A DNA stretch of 64,000 nt from Fimbriosthenelais zetlandica. Its lineage: Eukaryota. Position 1 is the first letter of the stretch. The number at the start of each line of letters is the position of its first letter. The stretch lies in the NCBI GenBank assembly GCA_977030845.1, contig OZ365111.1, positions 48,112,001 to 48,176,000 on the forward strand. Direction: 5' to 3'. This document shows, one piece after another, positions 53,501-64,000 of the stretch. The translations under genes were made by a program, and so were the position numbers. The notes beneath the pieces were generated by a model. The model saw only the letters and a program-made list of their open reading frames with translations, was not told the origin of the DNA and did not search any database.

Positions 53501-56500
53501 GATGTATGAAAAAATTTGGATGCAGGTTGAGTTGTTAAAATTATATTTTTATTTTGTTTAATGGGAAAGGATATAGGTAGTGTGAGGTTGTTTGATAGTG
53601 GTAGGGTACAGTACTGATTTTTAAAACATATAGTATCCCCGTGATAGCTGGATATTACAGCGCATGACCAAACCAGGAAATAGACCGAACCTTTCATTAG
53701 ATCAATATTTAATGCACGGAAGACTGGGCAATCAACATTAAAATGTGATTTCATCTTCCCCCTCTCTACTGCTCCTCACCTTCACAGTGAGATGAAGTTC
53801 CTTGTAAGGAGACATGGAAGGAAATTCAATTCATGCCCTGGATCATAGTTCCTGTGAAAAGAATCACATTCATTTTCAGTGTTTGTAGTGTCTAGAAAAT
53901 ACGTTAGACCACAAATCTTTTTTCCAATCCTAGAAAGTGATGGAAAATCAGTCAGATAATTGATCAATTAGCGCAAAATGCTGAACCAAAATCAAACCAT
54001 TAGGTGTCTAGTTGTTCTATATTTTATGGTCCATTTCACCTGAGTTTATCCTCATGGAAAGACGGATACAATAACGTTTTTTATGTTTATTTCAGACAAT
54101 GAAATGAAATTAGATGATGGGCAGTCGTCCAATGCTGGGTGGCGCGAAAATGAAAATGGAGGTGAGTCTCAAATTTCAACCTTCGAAATTATTATAATAG
54201 CATTGTCCAAAGGCCCTATATCTAGATATTTTTAAATCAAGAAAGACCTGCAATGCATAAATAGAATAACCCCGAGTAATGTTTAAACTGTGATTTGTCA
54301 ATTCCCAATCAACTTTTTAGTGTGCATGCTTTACATCGATCTTGCCCCATCTAAATTCCATAGAGACGGCAAATAAAAAGGGATTGTCATTAAAACTTAA
54401 TCATTAAGAATAAAAAGCTTACTTTTTTTCCTCATTCGCTACCTTTAATATCTAATCTATCAATCCTCACGTCTGTACCACGGACACAAACAATTAGTAA
54501 GGCTTCGCTTTGAACTTGATTTTATACAATGTCTCTGAGTTTTTTTCTATTTCCGATGCTTATTATTTTTGTTCAATGTTTGCAGTTGAAAACGTTCATC
54601 TTAAGGTGCTTGTACCTTCCGTGGCGGCTGGAGCTATTATTGGAAAAGGGGGTGAAACCATTACCCAAGTTCAGAAGGAAGCTGGAGCTATTGTTAAAAT
54701 GTCAAAGGCTAACGATTATTACCCAGGTAGTAGTAAAGACCGTTTTAGTTGCCACCAAAGTACATTTTCATCTTCAGCCGGCTGTTGGGTCTCTTTTTCC
54801 ATGGATACCTTCAATGTTTACCATGGTAAAGGAGATTACAATGGTCGCGTCAATGGCAGGCTGATCTGAGGCCGTGCAGATTAACGTTACTCTTCTCCAT
54901 CTACACAAGGATGGAGGAGGAAGGAGGATGAAACTTTCCTCACCCATTTGAAAAATCTGAAAAGATTATTTTCACTTGGGTGGGGTATGTAAGTACTTAG
55001 CCGTAGGTAGTTTCTAGGAAGAGGATAACCAAGTAGCAATACTAATCCCAGGTTTATTAAAAACATTTTTGATTAAATTTCTGGCTGAGTTTCTGCAGTA
55101 CCAGTAGTGAAAAAAACGCGAGCAAATGGTCAAAAGCTCGCCTAGGTCCAAGTTTAGGCGAGCGGTCCTATCTAATTTATTACACAAACCCCTTTTGCGT
55201 TTGCACCTATGCACTCGCCTAGATCAAAATTTTGGCGCTCGATCGTGCGCGGGATGCTTAGCGATCGCTCGCCTCTCATTTCAGTCATGGTGCTATGACA
55301 GTATTGCATTCTCGATTTTCCAAAACCTCAAATTGTGGAAAAGCTAAATTTTGAAATTCATTTAACAGAAATAGGGGCAATGATGTTCATGTTGTAGAAT
55401 ATACGTACAGTGGCTGTCATTTCTGGCTTTCCAGGTACCACGGAGAGAGTATGCCTCATCACAGGTACAGTAGAGGCGGTTAGAAAAGTACACAACTTTA
55501 TCATGGACAAAATCCGTGAGAAACCAGACACCAATCCCAAACCATTAGACGGTGACCTGAAAGTCAACTTTGAAAGACACAAACAGGTAGTTGATTTTGT
55601 TCACTAATCTGCTTTTATAAAGTTTGCAATCAGGAATGTTTATTTGATATTTATATTTGATATTTGATATACTTCTGCAACACTGGAATATTCTGTTTCA
55701 GTAAGGAATAACTTAAAACAAATTCTTGCTCTGATTGACATTCAAACAGTATTCTATTATTCAAATATTTTAATGATTTCTTCTGTATAATTCTCTTGTA
55801 ATTATCTGGCACATATTTTTTTGATGTTTTTAACCCTAAATAAACCCTAACTGTTTCCTTGAGTACATGTCATAATCTTCAATGCAATAGTGGGCTTGCA
55901 TTGGAACATAATACCATAGATCTACCCCTCTGCTCTGCAGGTGAAAATCCTGGTACCTAACAGTACAGCAGGTATGATCATCGGGAAGGCGGGCGTCTAC
56001 ATCAGACAGATCAAGGATGAGAGCGGTGCTTACGTACAAATATCACAGAAGTCCAAAGATATGAATCTTCCTGAGAGATGCGTCACAGTCGCTGGTAGTG
56101 AGTACCACCACAATTTCTCTCCATTCTCTAATACCTAAGGTCTAGCACCGCCTTGCAACAAGCAATTTATTGGAATGAAAACATATTTAATTTTCTAGAT
56201 CGATACTTGCAAAAATTGGAAAGCAAATTTACACAATGTGACTACAAAAATTGAACATTTTCATTCTGACTGACTATAGTATTGCGTTGAGAAATATCCA
56301 ATAAATTGCTCAGTTTTGCAGGCAGTGCACTTAACATAAGAAAAACATCATTCATGGAAGCAATTCCAAAAAAATCTGACATAAATCACAGGGATATCAT
56401 ATCATCTACATCAGAATCATTTTTCATTCTAACCTCTTAGAAAACAGTTGGTTGTTTTTTTTTGACAAAGATGTCTCAATCCTATGGAATTCTTAGTTTG

Positions 56501-58849
56501 TGCTTGGAAGCTTTGTGCTAGCTCAGCTTTATTTTAAGGTGAATTGTAGGTAGGATTTTGGGGATATGCACACTTGACCCTAGACTTGAGTTGGAGCCAG
56601 GAGCGATCCGATTATTGTTCGTATTTAAGAAAGGGGTTTTGTCTTCGAGGGTTTTTAGTTTTTTATATAAAGTGTTTAAAATATTTGAGGTACATCAGGT
56701 GAACTTATTTTCTTTTTGTTTAAAAGAAAATTGTCCTGAACAGTGATATAAAATTGTATAAGTGGAACCTTTCCCTCTAGGGAAATTGAATGTTAGGGGT
56801 TAATTTAGTGACAGAAAAAGGTGTTTTCCATGAACAAAATATTGTCATAAAGAGGAGATCTTATATTCTCATGAGAAAAACTATTACTGAGATTTCTATG
56901 TCCTAGTGCCGCAACATGTGGAAATGTCTCTTCACAAATCTCTTTTTTTCGGAATATATAATTATATACAAGTTTGTAAAACTCTGCTCCACAGTAATGG
57001 TGTAATAAGAAATAAGAAATGAATTTACATGTTTAGAGGTATTTGAAGGGGCTTTCCCATGTTTTAAATATAGATGCTTTAGTATATATCGGATATTATT
57101 GTTCAATGAACAGAAAGGATGTTTAATGGCACCAAGCTGGGAAATATTACTGAATGTCTAAAAAATAATTTCTGTTGGAGTTTAAGGCAAACGTTTATTA
57201 TGGGATTTCAAATACAGATACTTTTTCTGACACTTTGTTTCATCTGTAATTCAGATACTGTAGTACACTTTTAATCAAAAATTGAAAAAGATAAATTTAA
57301 GAACCTGTTTTAAAGCTATATGAGGTACAAACAGGTTGTTTGGAATGCCAACACCTCCTTTCTCAGCCTAAGTCTGATCAAACAAGTTTAGGATCAGCAA
57401 TTAGGAGAGCATGAAAATGTAGGGAGTAAAAAAGAGTTATGACTAGACCACTCCAACCTCTTAATCATGAGAGTGTCAAGTTGGTTGGCATGTCATATCT
57501 TCGCAGATAGGCAAGAAATGAAGCCAAACGTTTAAAAAAAACCCAAAACAAAAAAGTCGCGGAGAGGTGCCAATAGTTGGATGTTTGTCTATGCAGGTGA
57601 CCCTGAGCAGAACCGGCACGCCGTAGATATGATTCTACAGAAGATAGTAGAGGACCCACAGAGTGGTAGCTGCCCCAACATCAGCTATGCTGATTACAAA
57701 GGCCCTGTGGCCAGTTCTAACCCAACAGGATCCCCTTTTGCTAACACCATGCAGTTACAGCAAGGTTTCAATGGACAGATGGCCCAGTCTAGCTTCAACA
57801 GTGGTACAGGAGCAGTTGGCAACCTTGGAAACATCGGTAACAGTATGAACAATCTAAACCTGAACTCAGGTGGAAACAACAACAACGCTAATAATCCAGT
57901 GGTGGAGAACCTGAAAACAACGCTAAGAGCCAGTGGCTACACCGAACAGGCCACGGAGGAGATTGCTGCAGCCATGTACACCTTGGCCAACTATGGCTTT
58001 CTTGGTCTAGGTCTGGGACTGGGCATTAATATTGGCAGCAACCTGGGCAACCTGGGTGCTGCAGCTGGGACAGGAGCAGGAGGGGCTGGTGGGGGAGGGG
58101 GAGGAGGTGGGGGTGGGGGAGGCGGTGGAGGGGGAGGGGGAGGAGCGGGGACAGGAATGAATATGGCTAACCAGGGCAATCAAGTCAATCCTACGCCTAC
58201 ACCCAGTAGTCTGGCTAATATCATTGGTATGCTAGGAGGTGGTAACGCTGGTAATGCTGGATCTCTGCTGGGCGGGGGTGCCAATAATACAGTGGGTGAT
58301 AGCAACACCAGCGTCTTTGGTCCAGTCGGGAGTACGACCACCACAATGGCTGGAGGAGATACGGGTGAAGGTTCTGCTGCTTTCTTCAGCACAGCTGGTG
58401 GTATGGGTGGTGACCGCTACTCAAGCGGTGGAGAGTCAATGTTCGGCAACTCCTACAACTCAGGATTCGGCGGCAGTTCATCTTTCAGTGGAACAAACCA
58501 AAACTCTTTTGGTCTCGGCACCGGCATGGGACCTGCTGTTGGATCGTTCGGGGACACTGCCTCAAACGAAGACGAAGCCAGCATGAAAGTGGAGGAGGTG
58601 GAGGTCGGGGAGCACATTGTAGGTGCCATCCTAGGCCCTAAGGGTAAAGGTATTGTGGAGCTGCAGAAGTATACCAATACCAACATCCAGATCTCCCGTA
58701 AGGGAGTCTTCGCACCTGGCACGCGGAACCGGGTGGTAACCATTAAGGGTGCCCCTCAAAATGTCCAGAAGGCAGCATTCCTCATCCAGCAGCGCTTATC
58801 TCAGGAGGAAACCAAGAGGGCCCGTCAAGGTACAGCTGCCACCCCTTAA
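50515..58849 (+). CDS. NOVA: Nova/pasilla neuronal KH-domain splicing factor (3 KH domains), 602 aa, or 657 aa with both candidate cassette exons
   Basis: Core exons 50515-50623, 54586-54726, 55435-55586, 55941-56094, 57597-58849; candidate cassettes 51578-51676 and 54096-54161. DSRKRPL...[68 protein letters not shown] and [19 protein letters not shown]...[10 protein letters not shown] align with recalled NOVA1. Confidence 0.96.
55110..55300. mobile_element. CpG-rich probable MITE remnant with an internal hairpin in a Nova intron
   Basis: gctcgccta (55136-55144) pairs with taggcgagc (55155-55163). A CpG-dense patch in an otherwise CpG-poor intron, with the ctcgcct motif recurring. Confidence 0.4.
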
Positions 58850-59040
58850 ACCAGGGCTACTCTCTCTCTCTCTACACTACATTGATTCATTCAGGTCTTA
58901 CCTCAAACAAGACCCTCTTGTCATGTTCACTGGATCGTATGCTACCATTGTAACACTACCGCTACCACTACTCTTCAGCTCAGTTCAGTCTCAAGAGTTG
59001 TTTGCACGCCAATCAACAACCATGCCAATCAATCATTAAA

Positions 59041-59078
59041 CCACCACCACCACCACTCCACCCACCACCACCACCACC
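59041..59078 (+). repeat. Interrupted (CCA)n tract in the proximal Nova 3' UTR
   Basis: ccaccaccaccaccactccacccaccaccaccaccacc. Confidence 0.9.
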
Positions 59079-62000
59079 TAATGTTTCACCCCCAAGTCAG
59101 AAATCAAACCCATCAGCACCCCCTGGGTCTTATCATGCCCACTTCTTCGTTCAGTTAAGGCCTGGGAGACATCCATGATAGTTCATCTTCTTTTATTGTA
59201 TATATATTATATATATTATATGGGCTGTGCTCTACGTGATCAAAACATTTAAACTCGCCAATGACCATCTGAACTATCAGTGTATTCTTCCATTAATCGA
59301 TCAAACTTTCATTTCACATTTTGTCAATCGGACACACTACCATTGTTTCGCCTTAAAGTTAACAATCATCTTGGCATATGTCATAAAGTCTCCATGATAA
59401 ATCGCCATTCTCAACACATTGTAAACCATTAGAGCGACATTTTGAGCAGGTATCAGTCAACTTCAGATGCATTGTTTTCAGACCAATGTTGTCTTATGGG
59501 TATCGTCCCATACATATACATATGTATCACTTTGTTAACATTCAGACAGAGAACTCATTCATTTATTTTGCAGCTGGACATTTCCTAACATAAAGTTACT
59601 ATTTTCATTAAGTCACTGGAGTGCAGGTCTCTAGAGTTACTCGAGCCATGTAGTTGGCCAATGTATGTGTGTCTACCAAACTTCGTGCTCGATTGTTGTA
59701 CAATTGTGTCCTCATTAGGACAATCTCATGGACCCATTTCGGTTAAATGCGTGTGCGCTGACTTCTGATTTACAGATATTTCCATTTTCTATATATTGAA
59801 TGTACGGAGAATTCTAGTGTTATGCAATGCATTGCAGGTTTTCCCCTGCATTTGCATTTCCCGTTAGGAAGCATGTAGTTTAGAACGCTCCAAGCTTCCA
59901 GTTCATTCATTGTCATTGTGTATGAAACATTGAAACATACCTCTTGCAAGGAAGTTTTCAGACAACTTTCACATTGCCTTAAATTCTTTCAAAGAAATAA
60001 GAAACGGCATTGTCCAATTATGCCAGAAATTCAAGTGATGGCTCCTTTAGAAACGGTCAATGTATTCCTGAGATCCATCACTGTTCTTCATTCTTTCTGA
60101 GATGGCATAACACTCGATATCTCCATACCTGCAATGTCCATAAATTCCACATGAAACATCATTTTATTTCACTTTCTACCATACCAAAATCATTTAATGA
60201 GTGCATGAATTTTTTAATGTTCACCCTTGCTGCAGTATTAACGAACAATATGTCATTTGCATATTGGATTATAAATCTGTTATAAGACTCTTAAGACCAT
60301 ACCTCCTCAATGATAGGATAAATTATCGGGGCCTGTATACGGTAACAATAGCATAATCCAAAGGTTAAAAACATATAGGCATGGGTGAAAAGCATAATTA
60401 ATAGTCGTACTAAGGATAGAGAAATTATAATCCATCCATGATTTTGTCAGTTGCTGCAGTGTCGTCTCACCACACATTCTAGGCCACACTTTAGTCTCAT
60501 TCTGCATCATGTAGATGACTTCCATTTCTCTCATCATAGTGAAGTGCTGGATTGCTGGACAGAAAAACCATTACATTTTACGACCCCACGCATGGATGAA
60601 ACATGGATGAATGCATTTCGTTGGGGACTCTCGGGAGGGGGGTCGGTATTTCTGTTGTTATATTTTGTTTTACAAACTACGAAGAGTGGTTATATTAATC
60701 ACTGTCGCCACCTTGTACTTGCAGCTTTGGTGTGATAAAAGCAAACTTCATTTCAAATTGGCCTCTTTGCTTGTTTGTCTCTGCGTATTGTTGCTAAACA
60801 AACCGACAAGGAACACGCTTGTAAATGCCTAGGAATACGTGATATGTTGTCAGTGGATGTACTAATGAATGCAGAGTGAATAGGGAAGAAAGTTTTGTTT
60901 TTTAAGACACGGGCTAGTTTATATATCAATGGATAAATCAATCAGTTGCTCAGAAACTCGCCAAACGAGATCTTTTAGTGGGTTTTTTACTTTCGAAATT
61001 TTGTTCCAGTGCACCAATACACAGCATTAACTGGAATAATGCAACAAAGTAGTTTCCTCAGACATTTCTACGGTACTCTTACTCAAGTGTTTGCCTGAAA
61101 AATTGTTACAGTTTTGTTTCTGATTTGGCTAATTGAACTTTACCAAAGAGTACATTAAAATTGTCAAAGTTTTGTCATCATTGTAAGGTTTTGAACTTTC
61201 CACAATTCCCCCCGCCCGCCCCCCACCAGATAATGTTGTGTACTGGTTAGTCTGATGCACTATTAGATAATATGTTACTATTCCTCCAGGGACCTAAATG
61301 AACTCATTTTGTCAACACTAGTCCTGATAAACATGGCCTTTTCATTTGAGTGTAGGGAGTGTGATTTCTTCCATGGTTGTTTGAATGAGTGAGTGAATGT
61401 GGTCACAGTATGAGACATCGATCCATCCATGCATCGAACTCTTCATCTAGTTCTCTTACTAAAATTCATCCATCTTCAGATCATTTTCAATTAGCTCCAA
61501 TGGTATTCTCATGTATGGCCTCAGAACATATATCACAATACAAGGAATTAATCTATTATTTTTAAGAGTTTGTATGTCTTTCTCTATTGCTATACCTATA
61601 GATTTCGGTTGTATGATAAATGGCATTTCTTCTTTTGTTCATATATATGTGTTCTGACAACATATATAAGACCCATTCCGAGCACTTTCAGAGCAGTGTC
61701 AATAGGATTCACCACTTCCATCCTATTAATATTAACAGAGGGCTATCTGATTTACAATTTGTCTCATGCACTCTGGCCACTTTGGTTTGAGTGAGAGGGC
61801 ATACATGGTAATGAATGATTTGTTACTACGAATGGATTGCCACTCTCTAAACCTGAGAGGACAAAAACTAACGCATACCTGGAATTCTCAGAACTCTGTA
61901 ATGCAGCAGCCACATCTAGTTTTATTTTCCACCAAGAAGAGTTTTTCCTATACCACACCAATTAGGATCACCTACGGTATTCCTAATTAACCTATTGGTG

Positions 62001-64000
62001 AAGGTGAAATTAGATATTTCATCGGTCAACCTCGCTGTTAATTTTAAGCTGTTCATTTTAACGATGCTTGGCCTGTCTTACTCGAAGGAAGAGAGGTTGT
62101 GTTGACAGTATTCAAGGGACAGATATTGCTATGACAAGGTAATAAGGTATAGGTAACTGGTTGGTTGACAGTCGGCCTACCACATGGCCATGGCAGGTAT
62201 TGAGTTAGGCCTCTATCATCCGGTGTCTCTCATGCTTATTATTCTTCTTCAGAGTCGTGTGTCATGCATCTATAAGATTGGGCCACATATCTTTACGAAA
62301 TGGCCTCGCCACCTCCAAAGCCCACCACCATTGTCCTATATTCTTAGCATCAGAAAGAAATTCACCACACCATACTCCATTCATCAAGAATGTATGATGC
62401 CTGCAGGCGACTAAATTTTGGGCTCACACTGTTCTTTAGTACCTATGATGAAGTTTTTGATCTGTAACAAAATTGAAATATTTTTTGGATTTTTAAGAAA
62501 ATGACAGCTGCCATCATGCATTCTTATCAAGCAAGTTTGTAATTTATGTCCCATGATAAATTGCAGTGCTTGTACAAGATAAGCTTCAAGGTTCATCCAG
62601 TGTATGGTCTCCCCAACAAGCAGTGCTGAAGTTAGTCTCCACCTAACTTCAGGACTGGTCAATTCATTATCCTTCATTGCCAAAGTACCATCAATAACAA
62701 ATCTGTGTTATCAAGTGTCATCAAGAATATAGGACAATCTCGGGAAATGATAAATTACTTTGAACAGAGATTATTTTGACCCATTGATCATCTCTTAATC
62801 TGATCTAAAAGAAAATTTAATTGATGAAAGCACCTTCCACCATCATTCTTGGCTAATCTTTTTGGAATTACCGTCAAGTAATTTTCATCTGTCTCAATAA
62901 TAGTTGCCCTGAGATCCAATGTATAAGTATCATGTAAATAGCTTGAAAAAGCATTTAAGAGAAATGTAAAATGTTTGAAATTCAGTGACTTGTAAATTCA
63001 GATGATTTCTTTCGGTAATAATAGATTCATTGCCAGCCCAGTAATAACCTTGTTAATTTCAACTTATTCCTACCACAAATTATTGATGTAGCGTTAAAAA
63101 TACGATTTTTTAATTGCATTTTTTTGAAAATCTTTCCTGTATCTGCCACCAATGGTGGGTGAGGGGCTTGTTGGGAAGTTTAAGCTTGGTGTGGGGCGGG
63201 GTTGGAGGTGGGCTGGTCCACCTTGACTTTATTTTACATCCCGCTGCTGATGTCTTCCTCATTACAATCATCCGAGGTAGGACCTTCATCATGGCAGCAA
63301 GTCTTGATGAAGTTTACTCAAGGCCCAGGTAGGAAAACCATCATTTCTCTCTTCAACATGTACGACTGAATGTAAAAGGGACATGGCTACATGATTCAAC
63401 TGTTTGTATGCTGAGCAAGGATTTGGTTGAATGAATGAGTATTACGCCATGCCAGCTACTGACGACTTGGTTGATGATCCTGCCATTGTTGCAGGCCTTG
63501 TTAGGTGTACTTGATGGCGCCGCCATTTCTTGAGGTAATGCTATTCCTGGTCAGGCAGAAGACCCATCCTCTTTGATATCACCTTGAGTCAGCTGAATGG
63601 CTGTACCGGTACCACAGCTTGCTTCATAACGCCCCTGCCAGTGCTTTGAAAAATCTCAAAATGACTATTTCTATCATTACCATCACAGATTCTTGCACAA
63701 GATTACATGTGCCTTCCACTCACTAATCTAACATATTTTTTATCAGAAGTTCAATACTGAATTAATTGGAGCCAAGGCAGAATACGTTTATGAAGTGAGC
63801 TGTTGACATTATTTCATGAAGTCACACTAACTTAGCATTTCATAGAACCAGGTTGAGTCCCAAAAGCAAATTGTTGAATAAGTACGAAAATCAGAAAAAA
63901 AAGTCTTGAAAAAGTACCAAAATCTAAAGCCTGAGGGCAATATTAGAAAACATCCTGAGGATTGTATTTTGTCCTTAGAAAGATTTTATATAACGAATAT

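Noticed and set aside
58847-58892. Stop-codon readthrough of Nova
   Set aside because: The stop is TAA-A, a tight context, and the next in-frame stop follows after about 11 codons.
63555-63660. Possible last coding exon of a minus-strand gene beyond the window (DFSKHWQGRYEASCGTG...DGSSA*)
   Set aside because: Only about 34 codons, a weak GAG acceptor and no recognisable homology. 61.5-63.7 kb may be a neighbour's 3' UTR, but I cannot support that.

Overview
This is a eukaryotic window from an invertebrate bilaterian: AT-rich, with GT-AG introns and a 237-nt N gap at 50126-50362. I reconstructed five conserved multi-exon genes by hand, and every exon phase closes: FBXO11 (-, 12 coding exons, 893 aa), EFCAB11-like (+, 5 exons, 172 aa), CoREST/RCOR (-, 11 exons, 487 aa), PP1-beta catalytic subunit (-, 8 exons, 325 aa) and Nova (+, 5 core exons plus 2 candidate cassette exons, 602-657 aa). 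A sixth, unrecognised 137-aa single-exon ORF at 2263-2676 also looks like a gene. FBXO11/EFCAB11 and PP1/Nova are head-to-head pairs. Repeats include mosaic palindromes (0.4-1.6 kb), a TG-rich satellite with an internal inversion (31.9-34.3 kb), a 2.4-kb TIR element filled with a 21-bp minisatellite in PP1 intron 6, and at least five copies of an old tRNA-derived SINE. The most notable observations are: (1) about 25 copies of TAGGCCTA, nearly all within about 2 kb of start codons; (2) the FBXO11-EFCAB11 pair, which appears to preserve a pre-vertebrate-WGD arrangement; (3) a two-ATG/two-donor dual-frame first exon in FBXO11; (4) several signs of Nova self-regulated splicing. Homology and synteny statements come from my recall of the vertebrate and fly proteins and loci, not from a search. 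Counts were made by eye.
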